A DNA stretch of 64,000 bases from Diadema antillarum. Lineage: Eukaryota. A model generated the notes under the pieces. The model was given only the letters and a program-made list of their open reading frames with translations, searched no databases and was not told the DNA's origin. The DNA lies in the NCBI RefSeq assembly GCF_040938485.1, contig NW_027271061.1, forward strand, positions 1,364,001 through 1,428,000, in the 5' to 3' direction. A program made the translations under genes and the position numbers. Within the stretch, counting starts at the first letter, position 1. The number at the start of each line of letters is the position of its first letter. This document shows, one piece after another, positions 12,401-27,400 of this stretch.

Positions 12401-15400
12401 TCACCATAACTGGAGGTTAGAGTTTTGAATCCGAAACTCACCATCCGAGGGAATGCAGCCAGGAGAAAACGTAATGTCGTCGATGGCAGTATTACCGTAA
12501 CTATCCCCCACAATGCTCTCAAACACAACCTGTACACAAAAACAGACAGTTTAAAGATAAATGATTTCAACCTTAATGAATCGAACTAGGCTTTTGGTGG
12601 CGTTCTATAGACGAAGCTACACAATCGTAACTGTTTCGCCAAGGCAACATTTAGGAAGCAGCTAGTTAGCATTGAATACTTTCTTCAGTTATCGATTGCA
12701 AATGCTGTTATCGGCAACTGCAGTCATCTCCATTTCTAGCTGCTGACGACCACAGTGACATGTAGCATGGAGAAATTGTAAAATCTCTTTTTCCTTCTCT
12801 TTCCTTCCTCATAGCCTCTTGTTTATATCTATACAATACGATCTCACTGAAATTATCATCTTCGTTTCGCCATCTCATACCTGGAAGGGGCTTCCCCCGT
12901 TGTCAAGGACAACGTGTCCTCTTTGCCAAAAGTCGCCGTCGGCGGCAGTCTTCTTCCAGACCAGTTTGTCACCCTGCGAGCTGTCCTTGTAGGGACGGAT
13001 GTACACGTGGAACACGTCGATGTTGAGACCATATAGCAAGTAGAAGAATGCCATCTGTGTACGAATAAAATATTGACATAAATACAACATAATTATACTA
13101 AATCACAGTCACATTGAATTTGACGATTACAATCTATATACAATATAATTGAACTGAACTGCTTACAAACTTGTGCATTTTCTCCATAAATTTACCTTGC
13201 ATTGCTGTTGGGATGACGTCACAAAGGTACGGCTGACGAGATGAGCCTTGAGTCCAAATATTTGCAGAGCAACATCAAAATACATGTAGTACCCTTTGGA
13301 CAAAACAGTTTCAAGGCAAAAAGAGGCAAAATGAAAACTCGTCAACAATCCAACGATTTTCTCCAATAACGAAAACAATTTTCTGATTCACTGAAGTGAC
13401 GTCAGTAATGGTGGGAATATTCTTGCAATAATGCTGAGATAGTTATTTTTTCTGTCATATCATTATCGCCGTCATTAATCAATTATTATCGACATTATCA
13501 ATTCTAATGTCAATATAACTTCTTGCACATACATCATGCATGACTGCTGTATCTATATCAATACATCGTATTCATGTCATAATTATGTCTGATTTCTCTT
13601 TTGCTCGTTTGGTTGTTTGCATACTTGTTTTCCCTACTGGAAAGAACACAGTGTGTTCAAAGTGTGTTCACAGTGTGTTCATATAGTTGACTGTGTGAAA
13701 ACGCTCGAATTTAACAGTGAGAAGATGATTTCACACTGTGGTGTGGTTTTCACAGAGTGTTCGCATAGTATAATGTTTTTGTTTCACACTGTGAATTGAC
13801 GACTCAGATCGTGTTCACACTGTTAAAATGCTCGAATTTAACAGTGTGAAGAGATTTCACAGGGTGTTCACACTGTGTTCACACTGCGTTCACGCTGTGG
13901 TTCTCACACTGTGGGACGCTGTATTCTTTCCAGCAGGGTTGATATGGGGATCTTTAACTGCCCAGAAAAGAAGGAGGGGGAAGAGTCAAGGATAATTCCT
14001 ACCCGAATAATTCCCCGTGGTGTGGTCTCTCTTGACCCCCTTGTCGTAGCTGGTGTCCGGGCCCTGCTGCCGTGTCCAGTCCAGGTCATCCGTGGCCTGA
14101 GTCTGAGACCAGTCGCACAAGTCCGTCTCGAAATCGCATTGCCTGTAGCCCTCGGAAGCTTTGGTGGAAGATGAAATAGGTCAGGTTATCTTCTTAGAGG
14201 TAAATACGATGCCTATGATTATTATAGCTGAAGCTGTCATAAACCGCAAAATTTTACAAAATATAATTCAGCGAAATCTTATCTCTCTGAGGAAAATGTT
14301 GTGATGCTAGGAGAGGTGGCGCTGGAGTATACAAGCCCTGTCAGGAGATTAACGATGAAATGATAGACAAAGGTTTATCCCTAAAACCAAAGTATTTCAA
14401 AAGATCTTCTTGATTACTTTCAGTGATGCGAGATGTCTACACCTCAAGGATACACTCTCACTCCTGCTCACGTGGGTTCGTCTGCTATCATTGTGTTTAT
14501 AACTATAGACAGTGGGAAGCATAACTACTATGGGGAGCCAAGTGTCGCATGGTCTCTTTCGTTACGAAATCAGTCATTTTTCTATTTAATTACGAAATGA
14601 CTGATTTCGTAACGAAAGAGACCATGCGACACTTGGCGCCCCATACACTAACACCTAGAAAACACCTAGCAAATGTGTCTGTATAATGTCTGTATAAACC
14701 CTCCCAAAACTAATAATGAGGACTTCTCTGCTACTTGAACGTGATGGCGTTGCCTTTGACGATGATGGGGTTAAGGAAATAATTCATTCATCCATGTGTA
14801 CGGCACAGTGTGCCTGGTTGATACGTTTGCCGACTATTGGTCACCTCTTGCGAACCACGATGGGTCGGCATCATTCGCCCTTTAGTGTGGGTGAGAATAT
14901 GCAAGGGGCCACTTCTCCGGATTAGCACCCGGCCTACTCTTTTGTAATGAATGGATGGAGTGACATATATTTTACATGCCTGAGTTGTGACTATCTCACA
15001 CACCAGTGTGTTTTGCCTCTTACTATTGGAGGGGATGGAATGTTTACACACAACATTGCTCAGTGAGACTCTGAAATCGAACCCGGTACCGTTGGACAAT
15101 TGGATCTGGAGGCAGACGCGCTACCGACTGAGCCATATCACCGGCCTATGGAAACCACCATGCCATGGCATTATACTAGGGCCCTACCCACAACCAGCCA
15201 ATTACTTGAATTAGTAAAACACAATATTTCTATCTCGGGTGTCTCACCACATGACATTGGCTCGTCCGTCCGATCGCCGCAGTCGTCAGCCAGGTCGCAG
15301 TACATGGACTGATCGACACAGCCGCCATTGGCGCAGATTAGACTCGCCGTCGAGTCGCAGTGGTCGACGACCGCGGGTAGAGCACAATTCTGATATTCGA

Positions 15401-18400
15401 TGTCATCGACGGCCACCATGCCTTCATACAGAATGTTTTTCTGCTTGGTGATTTTGAACTTTGAGATGAAGATAGACAAGATAAGAAAGGTGTTCACAAT
15501 TTACGACTGACCATGCAGAAAAGATATAGATCAGCACTTATCTCCGTATGAAGGTATTAGGGAGCTTTAAATTTTCGCGACGCGGACGTTCAGAGGGAAA
15601 AAAAACAAACCTCTTCTGTGCATGCACAATGTTGCTCATCACATTCCATCTCGCGTCGTCTGAATTTTCACGGTCTGTTCTGGGTCATTTTGGGGGTCCG
15701 CTCAAATTTACGACGCAGAGAGCTACTTAATGCACTGATCATAAATAGATTGTGGAAGCGTCATTTTGCCTTTTATAGGCTGCGTTCTGGCGTAATCAAA
15801 AGCTACCTTGAAACACGACGCAGGGAGAGTGGAGAACGGCCCGCACCACAAATCTAAAGACCCCTATTCTCTGCTTTTCACAAACGAATATGACGACATG
15901 TCATTATGCCTAATCTGTAGTTTTACACTAACGGTTGAGTTGATCGAGCGAGAAATGGAAAGACTTGCAACACCATTCCATACCTGCCACGGTCTGGTAC
16001 GCCGCCCCACACCCACGAGCGCTTGTTGCCACTCCTCCAGGGGGTGATTTCTCAGAAAGTAAAGCAGAACTTCATCACCGGAAGTGACGTCGACTAGGGA
16101 GGCTTGAAGGTCACCGGTGTTGAGGCCGGCTTTGAGGAAGTAGAAGGAGACGATGCAGCTCTCGGAGGCCAAGTTGAATGTGGGGCCGACCACCTCAGCT
16201 TTCTCGTCCTCCTCCGATCCGCCGCTCGGTGAGACGTACATGTAATATCCTGCAATGTCATATGAGGTTAGTTTTCTTTCTAATTACATGATGAGTACCA
16301 GCGGTATTTGTTTCATTTTTTCACTGTAAGATTTCTATTACTGATCGATTTAGGCTATACGAAATATGGATAGAGGAACCAGCTCGTAATTCCTCCATTA
16401 GAATAGCGCTTTATAAAGACAATATTAAGAATCAGTTCCGTGGCATCATTTCATCCTCTGATAGCGTTCTTAAGCAGAAAACCATCTTAAGGACTTATCA
16501 ATCAATATGATTCGAGATACTTAAAATAGGTATTATATTTGATATTGGCCTTGATGCAACGTTCCACAGCGTCGAACATGATGAAACTAGAGTTTCTACA
16601 TTAACATGACAAATATAGTGTATTATCTTTTATCAGAATATTTAGTCGAACCATTTTTTACTCGTTGTTAATCTAATTACAGACGGTCATATCTGATGGC
16701 AATGAAACTATTGAGATAGCCTATCTTTTGTTTTTTCTGTCAGGGCAAATTATGGTTCCCTCACCATTTTCAGTGCCCAAAGTGTGGTCGGCATCAGGCG
16801 CGAATTCTCTCACCGCCTCGGTGGTGACGCCATTTGCTCGCACCCAGTCAAAGGAGTTTCCTTCGGTCTCGACCAGACGACACATGTCCGTCTCAAAATC
16901 ACATGTCGAGGCTGGAGAAAGAATTGACGTTCATCAAAGACGACGTTGAAAGATAACGTGCAAAAGATGTTTTTTTAAGACAGGAATAGGTTAATATAGA
17001 AACGCATAATGCGCCGATGATTATGTAACAGAACTCCCATCACATACTGTAACACGACTAGAGGTATTTTACACAAAACATTAATTTATTTATCACAAGG
17101 TAGAGCTCATATTTTCTAATACAATTTACAGGGATCGTGACGATAAAACATGTAGGAGACATACTTTAAAATATGATTCTACTACTATCGTCAGTGCCTA
17201 TTGAATGATATTCGAACTACCCAGATACATTCATGTGTTCTTTGAACATTTTCAGCTTCACCAGCAATCTGTCATCCTTTCTCAATCCTCTCCCAATCTT
17301 TAAAATTACCAAACCCAACGTATAATGAATCATCTTTCATCAAAAGTTCTGTTACGTGTCAGAAGACAACCCCTCCTCCATTGATTACTCTCTCCACAGA
17401 ATTTAGAAAAATAATGAGGAAGAAGTAGAAAGGAAGAAAGACAGAAGATGAGAAAGTAAGCAAGTAAGTAGGAATGATAAAATTGACTTGTTTGACTGTA
17501 ACCGCTAACAATGGCTAACGAAGCATTGAAGCCTATAAACATGATAAACTAGCAGCAAGACGACTAAATTCCTTCCGAAAAACTTGGCAAGGAAGAAAAA
17601 AGTACCTTGCCTAGAAGTACAACCGATGCAGCCCGGGGACCCGAACCGAGAACATCGTGATTTACAGTCAAAGTCTTATTTACAGAACCACAACATCTCC
17701 CCAAACCACAATATAATTTCTCAGCGAGCATCTAGGAGCGACAAATGGTCATATTTTGGCGGGAAAAAGAGCGTACGATCATCAGTTTTATTGGTGAGTT
17801 CTGCATCATAATACTCACGGCATTTCCTTTCGTCGAGCCCGTCTGGACACTGAACCTTGAAGTCACACACCTGGTCGGGGTCGATACAAGTAACGCCGTC
17901 ACCGCAGCCAAACTTGTTTGGGTTCAAGCAGTGGTTCGGCAGGGGCGTGGCTAGTGAGGAATCAACACAATATGGCGGTTTCAACATGCCGTCTGAGCTT
18001 ACTCGTCCATAGCTATTTGATGTCTGGTCTGTTTCACTTTTCATCAGTAGATCAATCGTTATAAAAGTCAATTTCTCAATTATTTTCACGCAACGTTATT
18101 CAATCAATCACTGAATTCGATGTAATAGATAAACATGATAATGATTACTGCGCGTTTATTCAACAAACGTTATGCAATCATGTGATTTTAACGTTGAAAA
18201 TGACACGGTCGTAAGTATGTGTGCGTGTATGTGTGTCTTTTGTTGTTGTTGTTGTTGTTTTTCATGTGACTTTGAAAATGGCGTCGGAAAAAAAAATCAA
18301 ACTGAAAGAGGTTTCACACTTCCGCATCTCTCGATCATTCATACTTTATATAACGACCAGTTAAGTCAGTAGACTCTCCCAATGTTTTTTTTTTTAATGT

Positions 18401-21400
18401 GGTATCAAAGTCCACAAGTTCGACACTTGGAGTGCCTTATAGTCCTGACGAATACAGATGAGGCAGCTCATCACCTTTAGTCAAATATCTCTCGACCAAA
18501 ATCTACATGAGTCCAGTATAAGGGGTGTTGCAAGAAAGTTGCAATCAATTACAACTTGCAATTAATTGCAAGCTCCCTTCTTGCAAACGGAAACATGCGA
18601 TTGAATGCAAGATGCGATTGATCTATCTATTCCAAAGTTTGCATTAGATATAGGCAATTGATTGTAACTCGACTTTCTTGCAACACCCCAAAAGATAGAT
18701 ACAGTTAAGTTTTTACCAGAGCGAACTATCCACCAGCATGACCTTACCGGGCTGTGTAGGAATCACCGGGAGACTAGAGGCGTGCTCGCAGCCCGGAGTA
18801 AAGCTGATGTCATCCAGGGCGATATCACTCTTCACAGTGTAACCAATAGTTCCTTCGATGATTACCTGAGAGTTTGAGGTTTGAAAACAAAAATGCAACT
18901 TTGCTGAGATATCATGAAATCACGTATTAACGTCTAAGAGCATTAACATTGAAAGGTGCATTCAGGCTTTTGTCGAAATTCACACGATTGCATGTACAAA
19001 CGCAGTGGCGGATCGAGGCGAGGGAGCACCGGGCGCGCTCCCTTTATTTTTTTTAACTAACTTAAAAAAACAAAAACAAATAGGTGGGGGGGGGGGGGGT
19101 GCGCCCCTTTAATTTTGTTAAGGCGCCTCCCCTTTACAGAATTCATGGATCCGCCCCTGCAAACGTGTGCATAATAAATGCCATCGTCGACAAAACGCAA
19201 GATTTGTTCGTATTGTAATGATTGTTGTGTTTAGAAATAAAGGCTGTTGTGGAGGTGTATCTTACTTTGTTCATGCTACGACTCATTACTTCTCTTTTAT
19301 TAATTTTAAACACATTCAAGGAGTACTTAAGATAGCCTAAAACTGGAATCGGTTCAAGTCATAGAATTTACAATTCTGACGCACTTCAGTGGGAGGACTA
19401 TTACCATAAACCCACCTGGAAATCGCTAGACAGTCGGAGGTCCACCGTGTCATAGAGCCAATAATCTCCCTGGTCCAGTTCCTCGGACCAGATCTGGGTC
19501 ATGGGTCCGTTAATCTCGGTCCTGGTGTAGATCTTTAGGGCCCCTATTCCATGGCCGTACATGTGGTAGTAGAACCGCATCTGGATAAATGTATAGTGAT
19601 ATTTTGTTATGGATTTCATCTTCGATAAAACCATCGTCTCGTTTCATGTATAGGCAGGGACAAATGATACAGGTAAGGATCAGTGGACACGTTTGCTCAA
19701 TGAGCATACCAACTGATTGCTAAATTACCCTCATAGACGAAACAAATACCGACCATTAGTAATAGCCACGGGGAAAATATTCGCGTACATCTTTGAATGG
19801 ATTTTGAACCCCACCAAATTTTTTTGTTTTGTTTTTGCTACTACTCAAACACTGAATAATTGATGTTTAGTAACTCGATAGAGGGTAAATTGTCAATCAG
19901 TAATGTTGCAAAAAGAAGAATCCTCAATTTGCATTGTCATTATCATTTCAAGGTTGTCCTCTATATATCACATATCTCGACAGACCGGGCGAAGGGCTTG
20001 CAGACGAAAGCAAAAGGTGATCGTAACATAAGCAGGCCTACGTGACGAAAGATGAGTATGATTTCTGATGAGTTGGTCTAAGCGACATAACTTTATGGTT
20101 GTATGAAGTAAGCAGTCAACAGTTATACCTGTTATATGTTATATGTTTAACAGTTATCCCATGTTATATGTGAGTGTTTAACACTCACCGAGCATCCAGT
20201 GAGAGCAGCTTTGATCGGGAAGCTCTCCAGCTTGGCCCGGTCACCGTTCCTCCGTTCGTCGCTACCCTCCGTGTAGATGTAGTGACCTGCAGTGAATAAT
20301 TTCATAAAAAATGTACCTCTAGATTTCTCTCACTTTGCGTTATCCAGACATTCTAGCTATCATGGAATTTATATCGAGTGATAATTTGATACGTAATCCG
20401 CATTGATGGAATGAGATCATGCATGCTGGATGGAAAATGATTTTTCGATTTAAAGATTTTTTTTTATAACATAACCCACTGCATCGTTTAAATCGCAACG
20501 GCTGATCTAAAATTATAACAAACATGTCGGAAAAAGGAATCAGTGGGAACCAAACCTGTATATCTACTGCTTTCCAGGCAACGACACTACTACCAGGCTA
20601 TCCCTGATTGTCAGCAGTAACACGATGGACTTAGAACAATAATACCCAGGCTCCAAAACTTCCGATGATTATATTAATGGCTGAGTTGCAGCTTTCCTTC
20701 ATTTAGTAAGCCTTGGACTATTTAACATATTTGTGTGGAGATATTAATGACGTAAATCGATTATGATCTCTCTCATTAGTCATTGAGCTTCTTTCAACGA
20801 TGACGACATTCGCTTTTACCGGTTTCAGCTTTCATGGTATTTTCCTTTTTATAACTTTTGTTAGAGCTTTTCAATATATTAATCAATTACCATTCGCAAA
20901 CAGAGTCACAAACCCCATGATACAAGGATCATTTCTATAGAACTATCAAATCTATATTCAAGTTAAAACCTGTCCTTCTCGTCAATCCTCTCCCCCATCC
21001 TAACCAACCTGATTCACATAATATTATTATTTTTTCTACAGTAATCATTACTAGTACGCTATTTGATTTCATTTAATACAATCAGCAGTATTGCATGAAT
21101 TGTGCGTATTTACTTGAATGTGTTTTAAAGGGATGGTATAAATTATAGTTTTGGTTGAGATGGGGCTTAAGGTTTCCAGCTTCTTTGCGAAATAATGACC
21201 AACTTCGTGCAGAGCGTCTGATGAACTATGAAAGAGCATACAATTCCAAAAAGAGAGGTCCTAATAAAATGGAAGCACCTTTTATCAGGACCACTTTTAC
21301 TTTGTTTTTGATATCTCAGCTAATTAAAAACCGATTTCCCTCAAATAATCTTTGAATAACATTCCTCGTCTAAATGTACGCTCTTTGATACTAATATTTC

Positions 21401-24400
21401 ATGGTTGATTTATACTTATCTCGCAAAAAAAAGAGTTAAAATTTGAATTTCCACCTCAACAACACACAGACACACAAGCACACTGTCAGGGAAGACGTAC
21501 CACTGTTTGAGCGCGTGGTGTGGTCTTTACCGGGACCGGTGCCGTCACTTCCGGTGCCCCCGGATATCCGCCTCCAGTCAAACTCGTCGTTCGTCATCTG
21601 TGTCCACTCGCAGAGGTCCGTCTCGAAATCGCACATTGTGTAGCCAAGGGCCGCTGTGAGAAAACAGATATGACAAGCATGTGTCAACATTCATCAGTCG
21701 GAGAATGGACCTCAAATAATATTTAAAATAAGTGCTGGAACGATAGAAAAACATAAAAATCATCCAAATTTACTTCAGTCGTATATGTGTTGTCCGATAA
21801 AAGGTAAATTTAGAGAAGTGATTTTTGACATTCTAATTCATCAAAGAACCCTAGCATAAAAAATAGACATATCAGTTAAGATATTCAACCATTCATGCTA
21901 TTATTTGATGACATCTTCATTACTTGATATGTCATGATCACAACAGAGCCTTATTTAAACGTTGGCATCTACTTCATGTGACGTAATAAGTTCCTATCAA
22001 TGTTTTGGATGATGACCTACCACATGTCGTAGGTGTCTCGTCCGTCAGGTCGCAGCAGTCCACCGTGTAGTCACACCGACGACTCGTGTCATAGCATTCT
22101 CCCGATGCGCACTGCGACTCGCCCACTCCGCACTCGCCCACACCCACGGGCAGCGGATACTCACAGGTCTCGAACTTGAGATCGTCCACGGCGAAGCCGC
22201 TCTCGGACGGGATCTGCTGTCGGTCTTCGACGTCGATGACCATCTGGGAAAGATGATTGAAAAAAAAAATCGCATTTCCAAACAATTGTTAAAAAATAAA
22301 AATAAAAAGCGCTTATGAATAACTTTTGTTGTCGCAAGCATGATCTAAAAAAATCTGAGGTGCTAAACAGCGTAAAGATAATAAATAATGTTCATGTTCA
22401 TATCGTAAGTAATTCAGTTCTTGGTTTGGACAGATATTGCGATGATTTTGACCTGAAAATTGGCACTGCAGGGAGGTACATCAACCGTTGCCAACAGCCA
22501 CTTGTTGTAGTCGTAAACCCGATCGTTGACCTTCAACAGCCGCTGGTCCTTCCCGTCGTCGAGAGTCTTGATACGAATCTCGAGGTCGCCGAACTCGACG
22601 CCGAACATGTTGTACCACATGGTGAACTTGCAGGTTCGAGCGGCGAGCTTGAACACGGGGCCGAGGAGGCGGGCTCGCGTGTTGAGGAGAGTGTCGGCAC
22701 CGTCCACGTAGATGTAGTGGCCTTGTTAAAAAGAAAAGTAGCATCGACCTTAATACGTTTAGAAATTCGCCAAAAAGTGCAGATGAACATATCGCTCTTG
22801 GGCAACTCATCCTTTAATGGTAGACCTATTCTGCCAAATGTGAATTGAGTTTTCTTTTTTTCTCACAATCCATCAAATGTAGAACTAACATCTCTAACAA
22901 TGATAGTCCTAATCTTCTTCGATATAACTTTTACATGACGTATAGTTTGTAACGACCTATATTAGTGAAGTAATTCACACTTTGTGGGGAATATAGTGTT
23001 AGATTTTGCTGTTAGTTGGAATTTTTGATTAGGTGTAAAACAGTACAGGAAGCTGGAGATTGCAGTTAAAGTGCAGGTGTTGTTATTAGTGTTAATTGAG
23101 TTGCACTTTGTTTGGGTTTTATTTTGGTGGGCAATTGAGTTGGGACTATGGAAGGATTACCTGTGGTAGATAACAGGGAAGGGAGTATAGTTTTTTTTGT
23201 GCATTGTGCCTTCTCTGTATCCACAGCTAAGGAACTTAATAGCACTATAAAATGTTTCGTTAGGGAATTAAGTTGGCCCTCTTGGATGAGTTTTTAATTG
23301 GGTCTGTATTTAACTTGGGAAATTGTGTTCCTTTGTCCTTAGTTATTGAGGTTGGCTTTTTGAGTGTGGGAGAGAGTTGAATTTTAGATCTCGCCAAGGA
23401 CAGACCTACAGTATGTAGGAGAAGGGAATTTTCTGAATTTGTAACTTTGGTTACGTAAATCATCTAAAGCTGCTGAGGTCAGATTGGAATTATACACCCA
23501 AAGTTGAAATCTCCCTATGTTTGAGTATGTGTGGCAATGTTGGTGATGACAGTCACAATGGGGCTGTGAGAAGAAAAATCCCACAGGAGTGCAATTGGGT
23601 GATGCCCTCCCCTCGCCTATCTCTACATTAGACATCTAATGTTTGATACTGGTATTGTTGATATATTTCTCTGTTACGCCTGTTTGTTTGATGGTGTGTT
23701 TCTCGTCTCATGCGGTATCAGTACATTTTATATCAAACTCGTGATTATGCATCTGTGGAGAGCGACCTCATACCATTGGCAGAGTCGAATGTGTGGTCCT
23801 TCTCGGGTCCCATGAAGCCCTCGTAAGGGGGCGGGTCGTACCACTCCCAGTCGAAGTCGTCGTCGAAGTCCTGGCTCCAGTAGCAAAGATCAGTTTCGAA
23901 GTCGCACGACGTAGCTTAAATCGAGACGAAGAGAAGGGACAGGTTATTGCGACATTTTGGTGGCGTTCCTGTAAACACACTTATAATGAGAATTATTTTG
24001 TTGATAACAATTACGGCCCCTAAATTTAGTGTTATCAAACAGTGGTAATGTAAATAACAATAGCGTGGCAATTGAAATGACGATTGAATGCTGTGCTTTT
24101 TTTATGACAGTTGTTATCATAGCGAGATATGTGCGAGACATGTGGGTTTTTTTTATCTTCAGGTTCATTAAGATGTAGTCGATAACAAAGATAACATTAT
24201 TTATTCAGAAAGGAGCAGCTGTTTAGATGCAGCCATGCAGTTATCCTGAAGAAGGTATAAAAAAGAATAAGAAAAGTATACTCAATTCAGCATAATTAAA
24301 GCGGGTTTCTCATCTAATCTTGCGCTTTATTTTCCTCTGGAAGGAGTGAGAAAATGATTGCTGGGCGGGTGGCCGTGAGATGGGTTGCTGGGGATTGAGA

Positions 24401-27400
24401 CTTAGTAGGTCTGATTTCAAACCTTTGAAATCATTATGTATCACTGCGTTGGCTACCATTGCATAAATTCGTCACCGATGGGATGGGAACATGCAGAATT
24501 TTAAATACTGACGGGATAAGTTATGATCTTACAGACCCCTGAGGTGTCACTGTCAACCTATTCAGGTTAAAGTGCTTTCTTAATGTTCCGACAAGCAGAA
24601 TCAACAATTGTGTGGTGGAACCTACCTATCGCATTGGCTTTTCAAAGATATAAGCTCAACCGGGAGCACATTGGCCTTGTAAACTTATCGCAGAGACAGT
24701 GGTAAATGCATTAATTTGGTAAAGCAGCGCTAAATTCACGTCATCATAAAGGTCAAAGGTGTCATAGATGTCGTAATGCTGTTGTCATACTCTCATCGAC
24801 ATTGTGTAACACGAACGCCTTGTAATGAATTGACATGCCTTATAGTAACTGAATTTCGACTTTCAGTTTCCTGATTACAGGATGGTGGCGCTATTCATCG
24901 AAACTTCTGTTTTGTGGTTGGTCATCAGTAGGCCTATACAATGATGAACAGGACCAAGTTGATCGGTGAGAATTGGGTGCACGAGTTTAACCATAACTTT
25001 GGAACTGTTTAAAGCGACGAGCGCGACTGTTTCCAAAGTTAAAGAGAGCATCTAATTTTCACCGATCCATGACGCAGGCTTGCGCATCATTCGTTTTATA
25101 AAATGGGCCCATAAATTCATGAAATCCAACCTTTTTCCTCATCCTGCATCCGGTACACATACAACACTGTACAAGGCTTGGGCCATGAGTTCGGATTTTA
25201 CCGGACATAATATGATGACTCAGTGTGGATCAGTAAAAGTCAATGCACGATTATTGACCAGTCGGACTGCAGAGATTCTGAAGCCCATTTTGTAATATTC
25301 AGTAAAGAAATGGAGCACAGATGATCAGCTTACGGCAATATTTCTCGTCGTTCTCTGCGGGCATGCAGTCGTGTCTGAAGTCACAATACCGAGACTCGTC
25401 GATGCAGTCCTGGTTGCAAGGAAGCTGGCCATCCGGGCAGCCGGGATGAACTACGAAGTGATGATGACACAACACAATTAGGTAAACAGTAAAATAACTT
25501 TAGCTTAGGCAAGATTGACATTCATTCCCCCTTGCAACTGAACCCAAACTTCTGTTCAGCAATCCAATCAAAGGCCCAAAATGGCACCTCATACCTACGG
25601 TCACTTCATGGCGACACAACCTTTCATAGTTTCGTTGGTGCATGAAATCGGTAAACTTATCTCGAACGAATTAATGGAGAAAGAGAGAGAGAAAAGAAAT
25701 TAAAGCAAATGAATAGATCGACATATAGTTCACTATGACTTGACTGATTATGATTTGACGTAGAATAAAACAGTTAGCAATCAATTTGTCGCAACCACAT
25801 GTACACTGTATATCATAGGAGCCAATCATTATCTCACAAGTTATCATTTGGCTTGTACACGAATGTTTATAATGATCATATTTTTGGTCAACAATGTCGC
25901 AAATACAACCATTTCCGGCATAAATGCGGCATAAATGCCAACATGACTACAACATTTATTAGCTTGGTGAAAATTATGTATTTCTTATGCTGTTCGATTT
26001 TATAGGAAAAAAGAATGAGAGAAAGTTAAGTCACCATTCCATCTAATTTGTAAACGTGGATGTGTTAATCACCGGGGTCCTAACCTATCTCGTCCCGTCC
26101 CTTCCCTTACCCGGTGGTGGAGTTCCAATGACTGGAAATGGGGCGGTGGCATTCACACATCTCGGCGTAAAGCTGATATCGTCCAGGGCAATATCACCGA
26201 CGTTTGTAGGACCTCGAACCCCTTCGAATATCACCTAGTGTTCATCAGGAATGCCAAAGAATCAACCTAAAATCACTCTGCTAAGATATGACATCAGCTT
26301 TATTGTTTATACGTGGGAGTAGATTTGAATGATATTGAAGCAGACGATGAACGATGAGATGATAAGTCTCATCAGATTTATGTGCTTCCACCTTCATATA
26401 CATGTGGATTGAGAGAATGCAACAATATTAGAAGAACACATCAGTGAAAGTTTGGGGGAAATCGGACAATTCGTTCAAAAGTTATGAATTTCTAAAGTAT
26501 CTGCGCAGTCACTGCTGGAAGAGAAGACTACTACAGTGTATCATGTCATATGCGTACAACGATATGAAGAAAACAAAAAGAGAATTTCACAAAACCTCAC
26601 TTTTTGAATAAAGTGCACACTTCTTTGACTTGTTACTGACATATGTTAAGGGTAATATTACTTCCCCCTGCCTTCTGAAAGACAAAAGTCAAGGGTTCTT
26701 TTGTTATGCGAGAAAAGTGAAAATATGTTGAATTTTCTTTATTCTTTCTTTATATCGTTATACACATGTGACATCACAAGCTATAGTATTCTTCTCATCT
26801 CCAGCCTTGAGTGAGCAGAAACTTCAAAAGATCATAACTTTTGAACGGATTGTCCGCATTTTCCTCAAACTTTCACTGATGTGTTCTACTAATATTGCTG
26901 CATTCACTCAACCCACATGTCTATGAACAGATGAAGGTAAAATTGTCCTTAAACTTTCTTCCCAAGAACTGTCTTGAATCATGCTATCACAATGCATCGA
27001 AATCAGTTGATGCCAATAAAGATAACTAGGTTGGCCAACACTCACAACCATTGACAGTAGAACTGCTACATGACATTTCAGCCACGATGCTGCTTTGTTG
27101 TTGTTGTTGTCGTTGTTGTTGTTTTTGTTGTTGTTGTTGCTTTGTTTTTTGGTTATTATTGTTGTTTCTTTGGGGGGGGGTTTCTCGGAGAAACCATTGA
27201 ATTGTGTAGCTTACAATATTGCAGTGACGTAACTTACGAACCAACTCATAAAGAAAGAAAGAAAAATGACATCAGTGTGGACTACGGCAAAGCAAAACCT
27301 CAAACCCAAACACGGTGTTACCTGGAAGTCGTCGTCGCTGCTCAGACTGATAGTTTGATAGATCCAGAAATTCCCATGGTGCACATCGTCTGACCAGAGA

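Noticed and set aside
13632-13938. CRISPR-like appearance of short repeats
   Set aside because: Eukaryotic intron; repeats are irregular, bidirectional, lack unique spacers and are bounded by TIRs
22949-23635. Possible solo LTR (starts tgtaacgacc, G/T-skewed; similar start at about 686)
   Set aside because: No matching terminal CA with TSD and no second copy; insufficient support
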